DNA from: Aulosira sp. ZfuVER01
GTDB taxonomy: Bacteria; Cyanobacteriota; Cyanobacteriia; Cyanobacteriales; Nostocaceae
Direction: 5' to 3'
Length of the DNA stretch: 64,000 bases
NCBI GenBank assembly: GCA_034530615.2
Contig: JAVRCV020000049.1
Location: forward strand, 64,001-128,000
Under the pieces are notes generated by a model. That model saw only the letters and a list, made by a program, of their open reading frames with translations. It searched no databases and had not been told where the DNA came from. Positions 42,401 through 52,993 of this stretch are shown piece after piece. The translations under genes and the position numbers were made by a program. Within the stretch, counting starts at the first letter, position 1. Every line of letters begins with the position of its first letter.

Positions 42401-42478
42401 TTGGGTTGCTTCTAGAAGTTGTTTAGCAATTTCTTGGGTTTTAGCTTCGTAGGTGCTGGTTTGTACTTGTAATACCAC
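39458..42478 (-). CDS. putA: Bifunctional proline dehydrogenase / P5C dehydrogenase
   Basis: DLLGE, RLVKGAYWD, YLIRRLLEN, PWNFP, EMGGKN, GQKCSAC, EIFGP. Confidence 0.95.
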   Translation of the reverse strand: MVLQVQTSTYEAKTQEIAKQLLEATQENRSFFASLRDQMRWDDKLLAWAMSNPGLRVQLFRFIDTLPALRSKPEIAAHLQEYLGDESVELPAALKGMLNFANPDSLPGQVAATTVATAVETLAHKYISGENITQVIKTVERLRKEKMAFTIDLLGEAVITETEAKSYLERYSELITQLVAASKNWKPIPAIDEADGEQLPKVQVSVKLTAFYSQFDPLDAQGSEERVSDRIRTLLRHAQELGAAVHFDMEQYAYKDITLNILKKLLLEEEFRQRTDIGITIQAYLRDSEQDAKDVISWLKQRGYPLTIRLVKGAYWDQETIKAAQKHWPQPVYNDKAASDANFETITQLLLENHQYVYAAIGSHNVRSQARAIAIAESLKVPRRSFEMQVLYGMGDKLAKALVDQGYRVRVYCPYGELLPGMAYLIRRLLENTANSSFLRQNLENRPIEELLAPPVMKDTETERRGDAEKDIPASLRPPVSASSSFIGAADTDYAEEEERRKSHQAFQSVHQQLGRTYLPLINGEYVNTQEAIDSLNPSNFSQVIGKVGLISVEQAEQAMKAAKVAFPGWRKTPAKQRADILRKAGDLMEQRRAELSAWIVLEVGKPVKEADAEVSEAIDFCRYYADEMERLDKGVNYDVSGETNRYLYQPRGIAVVISPWNFPLAIACGMTVAALVAGNCTLLKPAETSSVITAKLTEILVEAGIPQGVFQYVPGKGSQVGAYLVNHPDTHVIAFTGSQEVGCRIYAEASTLKPGQKHMKRVIAEMGGKNAIIVDESADLDQAVVGVVQSAFGYSGQKCSACSRVIVLQSIYDTFVQRLVEATKSLNIGETELPSTQVGPVIDANARDRIREYIEKGKAEAKLALELPAPEQGYFIGPVIFSEVPPDAIIAQQEIFGPVLAVIQVKDFQEALAVANGTNYALTGGLYSRTPSHIQQAQQDFEVGNLYINRTITGAIVARQPFGGFKLSGVGSKAGGPDYLLQFLEPRAIAENIQRQGFAPIEGAD
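41024..41111. repeat. Octamer-based hairpin element, in frame in the putA interdomain linker
   Basis: ACGCGGAG ACAGGAGG ACGCAAAG ACGCGGGG-loop-CTCCGCGT CCCCGCGT CTCTCAGT CTCCGTGT. Confidence 0.8.
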
Positions 42479-42996
42479 TGATAGTAAACTCCTAATTCTA
42501 GGTAAAGCTGCGATCGCCAGCCTCTGTCTTCTATTTTGACTCTTTCATTTTGATGCCACCACATTGGAGTTACCCTTCAGATTCGTCTGAATAGTATGCA
42601 GTGAAGCTTATGTAAGCGTTTTGTAGATGTAAAATTATGCCAAAGCACTGCTTTAGAGGCAGTAGTTGAGGAAATCAAATAAAGGTTCACCCTTAAGTAA
42701 CGGAAAGTCAAGCTTCAAAAAGCAGCGTTAGAGAAAATAGCTCAGTAATTTCACTTCAAAAGTACAACGTTGAGGTTAAGAACTCGGATATTAAATTAAA
42801 TTGCTCGGCGTTCCGAGTTTTGAACTTAGAATGTTTATTAGTGTTTATTGAAATTAAAGCTGTATATCTGGGCACTCTAAATTCAAGAAAAATACGGAAT
42901 ATTAATATGTATGCCTAATACCCCAATATATTGCAACACTAGCGTAAACAGAGAGAGATGCTGTGTTGCAAGCACAAGTTTTTTGTTACCAGATTT

Positions 42997-43147
42997 GTTC
43001 TCCGTGGTGATGCCAGTGATGCTGTTCCTTATCTTGTGGAACGTCAAAAGCTCTTTGGATTAGTCAAAGCCAGGCGTAAGCGCCATCAAGAGATTGACGC
43101 TTACACTCAACAAATTTGGGCTTTACCTTCTTAAGTTGACACCAATG
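42997..43147 (+). pseudogene. 3' remnant of a transposase (IS4-like) with its right TIR
   Basis: Reads VLRGDASDAVPYLVERQKLFGLVKARRKRHQEIDAYTQQIWALPS*. The stop overlaps TTAAGTTGACACCAATG (43131-43147), which is followed by AACATTGTC-GTGCCCCTAC. The family assignment is from recall. Confidence 0.65.
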
Positions 43148-43210
43148 AACATTGTCGTGCCCCTACAAGAAATCCATCTGTATCAAGGTTTTTGGTAATT
43201 GGTATTACAC

Positions 43211-45559
<2,349 letters not shown>

Positions 45560-45565
45560 TCAACG

Positions 45566-45603
45566 TTATGATTTGAAACAATGGATTTATGATTTGAAAC
45601 AAT
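45566..45603. promoter_or_regulatory. 17-bp direct repeat upstream of katG (candidate regulator site)
   Basis: TTATGATTTGAAACAAT at 45566 and 45587 (21-bp spacing). Confidence 0.45.
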
Positions 45604-45938
45604 CGGTTACACACTTTAGTGTCGATATCAAAGGTATTTGTTGCTCGATTTTCCGTTAGGAGATGCGATCGCCTGTTGAAACTAAATACCCAATATGTAT
45701 ATAAAAACACGCCTATTATAGGGGTTTAGCAGTGCTAAACCCTCCATAGTGCGGATCTATCTACTATAAAAGGCTGCGGAAATTCCTGGGATTATCCGTC
45801 ACCAATTTTAAAAACACTCTACTGCCATAATTTTTCACCTTGGCAAGTGACTCTTGAAAAATTAGCCCAGGACTGATATCAATTCAAACAATGTTGGCGA
45901 CAGATAAATCATTCGTGAGAGGAGGGCACAGCAGTGCT

Positions 45939-46180
45939 CATTGGTGCCCACTTAACGTGAAAGGCTTTGTTGCTCAAGATATTCGATCCCCCTAAATCCA
46001 CGCCACTTGCTACAAGTCGGGAAACCCGCCCAACGCAGTGGCTCCCCTTAATAAGGGGGACTTTGATTCTTTTCCCCCCTTTTTTAAGGGGGGTTAGGGG
46101 GGATCGAAAGTTTACGGTGCAAACAAAGAGAACCCCAAAGACTTACGCTGTATGCATCTAAGTTTAAGTTGACACCAATG
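45939..46180. mobile_element. MITE with the same 17-bp TIRs, a 9-bp target duplication and nested internal repeats
   Basis: CATTGGTGCCCACTTAA / TTAAGTTGACACCAATG; AGCAGTGCT at 45930-45938 and 46181-46189, within GGGCAC...GTGCCCCTAC. Confidence 0.85.
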
Positions 46181-46233
46181 AGCAGTGCTGTGCCCCTACG
46201 AGGATATGCAATCTAATTGCCTAAAAACTGCTG

Positions 46234-46440
46234 TTAACTCACTTGTGACCAAGCAGTTCAGGTTTCTTAGCAACGTTACCTCATCCATAGAGAACCTTAA
46301 CTCATTCATAACCAAAGAGTTAAGGTTGCTTATGAACGTTACCTCATTCATAGAGAACCTTAACTCATTCATAACCAAAGAGTTAAGGTTGTTTATAAAC
46401 GCTACCTCATTCATAACTAAGGAGTTAAGGTTGCTTATTA
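46234..46440. repeat. Tandem repeat with a 63-bp unit built from 21-bp subunits
   Basis: TTAACTCA...ATAGAGAACC units begin at 46234, 46297 and 46360. Confidence 0.9.
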
Positions 46441-46633
46441 ATGATTGAAAATTGCGCACCACTTGCTACAAGTTGAGAAACAGCAAGAGCAGATTGCTAT
46501 AGATTAAGCATAATTACAGACTTACATCACAAAATTTGCTTAAAAAAAGCTAAATATTGGTAGTTTTCCCTGAACCAGAATGCAGCTTCTTTGAGACAAG
46601 ATGACACTACAACACTTTATTTAGAGTACATCT

Positions 46634-47017
46634 ATGCCTCGCCCAAAACGTTTATCTCATATTCTAGAAAAAGCTCAAAAGCGAGCCTCTGGAATGCAAG
46701 CTATCGATCCAAATCTAGATTTTGGCAATTCTAACAGCTTGCAAAATATGCTGCAACAAATTGAGGAATTACGTACTCAACTTAATGCTTATCATACTGC
46801 TTTAGCTGTGGTTAATGCTTCAAGAATTGAGATTGAACAGCTAGAAAAGAGCTTAAGCGTTTTGTGTGAAAATATGCTGATGTCAGTTGCGGGTAAATAT
46901 GGAAAAGACAGTTCAGAATATGTCATGGCTGGTGGTATGCGAAAAAGCGAACGCATTCACAAAGGCACTATTAACAGGTTAAAAGGTTTTGCAGAAAAAC
47001 CAAGAATTGACGGTTGA
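46634..47017 (+). CDS. Hypothetical helical protein
   Basis: 127 aa; LEKAQKRASG..IDPNLDFG...KYGKDSSEY.MAGG.RKSER. Confidence 0.75.
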   Translation: MPRPKRLSHILEKAQKRASGMQAIDPNLDFGNSNSLQNMLQQIEELRTQLNAYHTALAVVNASRIEIEQLEKSLSVLCENMLMSVAGKYGKDSSEYVMAGGMRKSERIHKGTINRLKGFAEKPRIDG

Positions 47018-47144
47018 CGGTTGACTGTGGAATTTTGAATTGTGATTACGTAAGGCTTTGGAGAAATTTATCAAAACAATTGACAGCGATCGCGATCGCA
47101 CTGCTTGTAAACTTGTTTGGTAAAGAGCAGTTTTCCCGCCTCTA

Positions 47145-48482
47145 TTAACACCAAATCTGGATAACGCGACCTTGCAATTGTTGCCCTAACCAAGGTGTAT
47201 TACTAGAAAGGGTATGCAGATTTTTACTTTCAACTTTCCAGTTTTGCTGTGGATCGAATAACGTTAATTCGGCTTTTTGATTAGATGCGATCGCATTTAG
47301 TTTCTCTCTCAAACACTCTGCTGGACGGCTACTTAAAGCACGCCATAATTCCAAAGCTGTAAATTCTCCAGTTTCGACAAGATGTTGCCATAACAAAGGT
47401 AATGCCAACTCTAAGCCAATTGCGCCTGGTGGTGCTTCCGCAAAAGCTTGGACTTTTTCTTCGTAGGTGTAGGGTGCATGATCGATAGCGATCGCATCAA
47501 TTATTCCTGTACGTACCCCCTCCCGTAACGCCGCCATATCGTGGGGATTACCTAAGGGTGGATCTAAATGCAAGCTGGTGTGATAACTCTTAACTGATTT
47601 GGTGTCTAATAACAGATGCATCCAGGTTGTACTAGCGGTTATTGGCAAACCAGCCGCCTTAGCTGAAGCTATTAATTCTACACTGCGGGCAGTAGAAACC
47701 CGCATAATATGCACGTGGGAATTACCTGTAGCGGCTACTAATTCTAATAGAGATGCGATCGCAGCTGTTTCTGCACTCTCTGGTATCGGTGGTAATCCTA
47801 AACGTAAGGCATCTGAACCTTCTCGCATCACTCCATTGGCTGCTAATTGCTGGTCACAAGCCCAAAAAGCTACTGGTTTATCCAAAGGTAGCAGATATTC
47901 TAACACCCGCCTGACCAACCCCAAGTTTTCTCTCGGTTGCCCATCCGTAAACCCAACAACTCCCGCCGCTGCTAAATCGGCTAATTCTGTTAATTGCTTT
48001 CCCGCAAGATCCAGGGTAATTGCACCCCAGATTTGCAGATGAGGGAGAGAAGAAGACTCGGCGACTGAGAGACGGGGAGACGCGGAGAAATTGCTCAGAA
48101 CGTCCCCGCGTCCCCGCGTCTCCTTGTCCCCTTCTCTCATCATCTTCTGCAACTGTGCCACAAGCGCGGGATTATCAATCGCTGGAGATGTACTCGGCAA
48201 GATACTCACTCTGGTAAAGCCGCCCGCCGCAGCCGCTTGCAACAGAGATGAGAGAGTTTCGCGCTCTTCAAACCCTGGTTCACCAGAGTGGCTGTACAAA
48301 TCCACTAACCCCGGCCCAAGAACTAACCCCCGACAATCTCTGATTTGAGTTTCAGAAGTGATATCGCTAATGTGTGCGGCGATAGCTTGGATATAACCAT
48401 CAGCAATTAGCACATCCGCTAGTTGGTCGGTTCCAGAAACCGGGTCAATTACCCGTACTTGTTGTAGCAATTCAGTTGTCAT
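47145..48482 (-). CDS. Dihydroorotase family protein (possibly non-catalytic PyrC'-type)
   Basis: PGLVDLYSHSGEPG, AAAAGGFT, IDAIAIDHAP, SNTPW; the first metal-binding His is replaced by Tyr. Confidence 0.85.
   Translation of the reverse strand: MTTELLQQVRVIDPVSGTDQLADVLIADGYIQAIAAHISDITSETQIRDCRGLVLGPGLVDLYSHSGEPGFEERETLSSLLQAAAAGGFTRVSILPSTSPAIDNPALVAQLQKMMREGDKETRGRGDVLSNFSASPRLSVAESSSLPHLQIWGAITLDLAGKQLTELADLAAAGVVGFTDGQPRENLGLVRRVLEYLLPLDKPVAFWACDQQLAANGVMREGSDALRLGLPPIPESAETAAIASLLELVAATGNSHVHIMRVSTARSVELIASAKAAGLPITASTTWMHLLLDTKSVKSYHTSLHLDPPLGNPHDMAALREGVRTGIIDAIAIDHAPYTYEEKVQAFAEAPPGAIGLELALPLLWQHLVETGEFTALELWRALSSRPAECLREKLNAIASNQKAELTLFDPQQNWKVESKNLHTLSSNTPWLGQQLQGRVIQIWC
48038..48141. 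repeat. Octamer-based hairpin element, in frame inside the dihydroorotase-family gene
   Basis: GATGAG...ACTCGGCG ACTGAGAG ACGGGGAG ACGCGGAG-loop-CCCCGCGT CCCCGCGT CTCCTTGT...CTCATC. Confidence 0.8.
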
Positions 48483-48566
48483 GTGAGCTATCAGCTATTA
48501 CCTATCAGTGCTTAAACTGTTTGTCTTTTGTGATTTAACTTTTGACCGACAGCTTAACACTGACCG

Positions 48567-49919
48567 CTACAATGCTCCAGCTGCGGTTTTATCCAATACG
48601 CCTTGGCCTAAGTGAGTTGTAATGTTCATTGCTTGCAGCACTGGTAAACCATCTAGGCCAAATGGGTAATCAATGACGCTAACTGCGCCATTACCCTGGC
48701 GGAAATTCCAGAAATTTTCTGATGGTAAACCGAGAATATGGCATAGCAAAGTTTTGTTAGTAGCGTCGTGAGCCACTACTAATCCTGTTGTGAGTTGATT
48801 TTCTGATGCGGCTTGCACAATTGATTGCCAAGCTGCAACGCTACGTTCCCACACTTGCTGCAAATTTTCCCCTTCGGGCATTTGGACTGCGGCTGGTGTG
48901 AGTCGCCAGCGTTCCAATTCGCCAGGAAACTCTTGCTCGATTTCTGCTTCTAATTTTCCTTCCCAAAGTCCGTGGCTGATTTCCCTTAAACCATCTTGTA
49001 ATTCCAACTTTACACTAGGATGGTGCTGCAAAATAATCTCTGCTGTTTCTTTAGGACGCGCCATTGAGCTACTTATGGCAAAGTCAATTGCCACATCTTT
49101 GAGAAATTCGCCAGCTTTTTGCGCCTGGTTTCTGCCGTTGTCGTTCAGCGGAACGTCAATTTGCCCTTGAAACCTAGTTTGGCGATTCCATTCTGTTTCT
49201 CCATGACGTACCAGCAACAATCTTACTCCTTGGTGTTCTGGTCGCAATGAAGGCAGGGTTTCTCCTGTATGTTGGGTTTGATTCAACGATTCTAGTTGGA
49301 CTGGATCTCCCAAACCCCCAGCAAAATTTAAAACACTGATGCCACAGTTAGATTGTTGTATGGAATGGTAGCGGCTGGGAGGAATACCTAGCGCTGTGCT
49401 AATCAGGGCGCGATTAATACCGTTATGCCCCACTATCAAAATAGTTTCACCTTGATGATGCGGCAAAGTTTCTTGCCAAAACTCTCGCGCCTGTTTGTAC
49501 AAAGCTAGAACAGGAAAATGTTCTCTACTCCCCTCGGCATCATTGAGCAGCATCCGCAACTCGTGGGGGCTTTCTTTCCAGATACGGTAGTCTTCAGCAA
49601 ACTTCTGCTTGACATCAGCAGTCAACATTTCTGCCCACAAAGGCAAGTCTATTTCCAGCAGCTTATCAGAGGTTTGGACAACGGCAGATGTTGCCGTAGA
49701 AGTCGCCAGATCGCTATGGATAATCTCTGCTGTTTGTTTCGCGCGCTGTAAGGGGCTGCTGTAAATCGCGTTAAATAAAATATTGCTGAGGGCTTTACCT
49801 ACTTTAGTAGCATCGTTCTGACCTTTTTCTGTTAATCTTGACACATCAGTGCGCCCTTGGATGCGCTTTTCAGTGTTATAGCTGCTTTGACCGTGGCGTA
49901 CAATGATGACACGAGTCAT
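48567..49919 (-). CDS. Histidine phosphatase / phosphoglycerate mutase family, two tandem domains
   Basis: Two RHG motifs (IVRHGQS, LVRHGET). Confidence 0.92.
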   Translation of the reverse strand: MTRVIIVRHGQSSYNTEKRIQGRTDVSRLTEKGQNDATKVGKALSNILFNAIYSSPLQRAKQTAEIIHSDLATSTATSAVVQTSDKLLEIDLPLWAEMLTADVKQKFAEDYRIWKESPHELRMLLNDAEGSREHFPVLALYKQAREFWQETLPHHQGETILIVGHNGINRALISTALGIPPSRYHSIQQSNCGISVLNFAGGLGDPVQLESLNQTQHTGETLPSLRPEHQGVRLLLVRHGETEWNRQTRFQGQIDVPLNDNGRNQAQKAGEFLKDVAIDFAISSSMARPKETAEIILQHHPSVKLELQDGLREISHGLWEGKLEAEIEQEFPGELERWRLTPAAVQMPEGENLQQVWERSVAAWQSIVQAASENQLTTGLVVAHDATNKTLLCHILGLPSENFWNFRQGNGAVSVIDYPFGLDGLPVLQAMNITTHLGQGVLDKTAAGAL

Positions 49920-50307
49920 CGGACTTGCCCTCCTCTATCTAAAGGACTAATTTTACTGCAAACTGCGTTGGCAGAATTATCAATTACAGCGATATCAATG
50001 TATAGTGTTTTGGTTAAAGTATAAAAATTAGCTTTTATTATAGTAGTGTGCGCTCTGATGTTATCTAGAGGCGAACGGCAAACGCAGCGTCAGAATTCCA
50101 CAATCTCGCAGAAAGTTGGCTTTGGAAAAACTACAACTGAATTATGATAAACTACGGTAAAACGATGCGTTTAACGTCTATTTTAGATATGCCACTGCCA
50201 ATTATGTAATTTTGAGACAATAATTGTCAGAGTGGTGCTGCGATCGCGGGATCTTTGCGTTGTGTCAGATAAATGGTCAAATTCTGATAATTTGAGGAAT
50301 TAAAGTC

Positions 50308-50907
50308 ATGGCTTTATCTCCAAGTGTTGACTCGACAGTGAGCTATATCTGCATTCGCATTCCTCTGCAATATCATGCCCAACCAGTTATTTCACAGTTA
50401 ATTTCTCGCTATGGCTTAACAGTTAATATTACCGCCGCTCTTTTAGAAAAAGATACTCAAGACGACGGTTGGTTTAACTTGGAAATCTACGGTAATTCTC
50501 AACAGCTAGAAGCTGGACTTGGCTATCTACAATCGCTAAATATAGATATTGAGCAGATATTCATCGCAGAAGATAGAGAACCGCTAAAGCCATTATGTGC
50601 TAATAGCAATTGTTATGGACAAGTACAGCCAAATCAGCAGAGCCAAAGCTGTACAGAAGCAATCGATTTAACTAATCAGAAAAATCGAGCGAAGTTTCAA
50701 ATCTGCATTCCCCAAAATTACCGTTCTTCTCCGGTAATTGCCGGATTGGTTGCTTGTTATGGTTTAACGGTGAACATTACTAGGGCTGATATGGATATAG
50801 ATAGCGAACAAGAGGGGAGGTTTGATTTAGAAATTTGGGGAAGCACACAACAAATTATTTTTGGCTTGAAGTATCTCAAAGAACTAGGCTTACAAATTTG
50901 GTTGTAA
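50308..50907 (+). CDS. Tandem NIL-domain protein
   Basis: Two similar halves: IPLQYHAQPVISQLISRYGLTVNITAA...GWFNLEI and IPQNYRSSPVIAGLVACYGLTVNITRA...GRFDLEI. Confidence 0.8.
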   Translation: MALSPSVDSTVSYICIRIPLQYHAQPVISQLISRYGLTVNITAALLEKDTQDDGWFNLEIYGNSQQLEAGLGYLQSLNIDIEQIFIAEDREPLKPLCANSNCYGQVQPNQQSQSCTEAIDLTNQKNRAKFQICIPQNYRSSPVIAGLVACYGLTVNITRADMDIDSEQEGRFDLEIWGSTQQIIFGLKYLKELGLQIWL

Positions 50908-51021
50908 AACGATACAAAAATTTTATTAAGTTGTGAAATGTTTCTTGAAGGCTCTCATTGAGAACTGCTATATCAAAAATAGCGCTTGTAAATTATACAT
51001 AGCCTTTAGAGGTATTTAACT

Positions 51022-52374
51022 ATGACTCATGCTTGTTGTGGCCCTGGTTACGCTTCTCTAGAAGCAGCGATTCAAGCAGAACGGGAAAAATTACTTTATG
51101 CGATCGCTCTTTATACTGGTACTGGGATAGAACAGCCTGATTATCTTGCCACCATAGATGTTGACCCCAATTCTCCAACTTATTCCCAAATCATTCATCG
51201 CTTATCTATGCCTTACACAGGCGATGAATTACATCATTTTGGCTGGAATGCCTGTAGCTCTTGTCACGATAATCCCAATAAATCTCGTCAATTCACTGTA
51301 ATCCCAGGACTACGCTCTAGCAGGATTTATATTGTTGATACAGCAGACACCAAAGCACCAAAACTGCACAAAGTTATTGAACCTGAAGAAATTAAACAAA
51401 AAACAAACTTAACAGCTCCCCATACAGTACATTGCCTAGCAGATGGTCATGTGATGATTTCCATGCTAGGTGACAGTGAGGGAAATGGCCCTGGCGGTTT
51501 TTTATTACTAGATGAAAATTTTGACATTGCTGGGCGTTGGGAACACAAGGCCGATAGCATGAGGTTTAACTATGACTTCTGGTATCAGCCGCGTCACAAC
51601 GTCATGGTAAGTAGCGAGTGGGGCGCACCCAAAACCTTTTATCCTGGTTTTGATCTCAACGATGTCAGCGCTGGTAACTATGGTCAGCATATACATTTCT
51701 GGGATTGGTCAAAACACGAAATTATTCAAAGTTTTGATTTAGGACAAGAAGGGTTAATTCCTTTAGAAGTGCGCTTTCACCATAATCCTGATAGCACTCA
51801 TGGGTTTGTCGCCGCCGCACTTAGCAGCAACGTTTGGCATTGGCACAAGCCTAACGGTGATTGGCAAGTAGAGAAAGTGATTGATATTCCATCGGTGGAA
51901 GTAGAAGGCTGGCCTATCCCAGTGCCATCCCTGATCACTGATATCTTATTATCAATGGACGATCGCTATGTTTACTTTTCCAACTGGCTGCATGGAGATA
52001 TTCGCCAGTATGATATCAGCGATCCTTCCCATCCCAAACTCACCGGACAAGTTTGGTGTGGTGGTTTGTTAGGTAAAAGTGGCGAAGTTCAAGGGCATAA
52101 ATTAGCTGGCGGCCCCCAAATGCTACAGTTGAGCCTTGATGGTAAGCGGCTTTACGTAACTAATTCTTTATTCAGCAGTTGGGATAATCAGTTTTATCCT
52201 GACTTTTCTCAGAGTGGCTCATATTTATTGCAAATTGACTGCGATACAGAAAACGGCGGACTAAAAATCAACGAAGATTTCTACGTTGACTTTGGTAAAG
52301 AACCCGCCGGGCCTGCTCGCGCTCATGAGATGCGCTATCCTGGCGGTGATTGCACCTCTGATATTTGGGTGTAA
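51022..52374 (+). CDS. Selenium-binding protein SBP56 family (methanethiol oxidase-like)
   Basis: [79 protein letters not shown]. Confidence 0.92.
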   Translation: MTHACCGPGYASLEAAIQAEREKLLYAIALYTGTGIEQPDYLATIDVDPNSPTYSQIIHRLSMPYTGDELHHFGWNACSSCHDNPNKSRQFTVIPGLRSSRIYIVDTADTKAPKLHKVIEPEEIKQKTNLTAPHTVHCLADGHVMISMLGDSEGNGPGGFLLLDENFDIAGRWEHKADSMRFNYDFWYQPRHNVMVSSEWGAPKTFYPGFDLNDVSAGNYGQHIHFWDWSKHEIIQSFDLGQEGLIPLEVRFHHNPDSTHGFVAAALSSNVWHWHKPNGDWQVEKVIDIPSVEVEGWPIPVPSLITDILLSMDDRYVYFSNWLHGDIRQYDISDPSHPKLTGQVWCGGLLGKSGEVQGHKLAGGPQMLQLSLDGKRLYVTNSLFSSWDNQFYPDFSQSGSYLLQIDCDTENGGLKINEDFYVDFGKEPAGPARAHEMRYPGGDCTSDIWV

Positions 52375-52469
52375 TCTCAAGTCTATTTAGCGAAAAATAC
52401 TGCCTTGCTGTGGGAAGGGGTGTTAAAACTGAAACAAGTATCTCCGTTTAGCACCCTACAGCTTAAATT

Positions 52470-52970
52470 ATGTTCATTTACAACCATAATCTAGTAATTG
52501 CTAAAACCACTACGAATTATCAAATTTCTCAGCATATTAAACAAGCCAGAAAAATAACTATTGACGAGCTAGGGCTTGGTGGTATCAAACTCTCGATGAC
52601 AGAGGCACAAGTCAAAAAGATTTTAGGTAAACCGATAAAAGTAGAAAATGGTTTTATACCTGCGATTGGTAAAGTTCGCACTCTTAAATATGCAGACATT
52701 ACCGTTGATTTAGATGAAGGTGCTAAACTAGGAAACTTTACTGTTTATCAAATAAAAACCAACGATTCTAAATATTCCACCATCAATGGTATCAAAGTAG
52801 GAGATAGACAATCAAAAGTATTTAGCACCTACGGAAAAGTTGAACCATCCCAAGATGGGAAAGTGATAAATTTACATTACGGAGTTGAATAACCTAGCCC
52901 TGCTGGGTTTATGTTTACTGTTAAAAATGGCAAAGTCATACAAATTCTCTGCTTTTATGTAATGAATTAA
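52470..52970 (+). pseudogene. Hypothetical exported protein interrupted by an in-frame TAA at 52890-52892
   Basis: The frame continues GVE*PSPAGFMFTVKNGKVIQILCFYVMN* to 52970, just before the next gene. Confidence 0.55.
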
Positions 52971-52993
52971 GCAATTTATTCACAATAATATAA

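Noticed and set aside
46234..46440. CRISPR array
   Set aside because: It is a contiguous 63/21-bp tandem repeat with no spacers.
50055..50130. SAM-I riboswitch upstream of the NIL/SBP56 genes
   Set aside because: Only TTATCTAGAG resembles the 5' strand; the kink-turn, GCAACC and closing P1 elements are absent.
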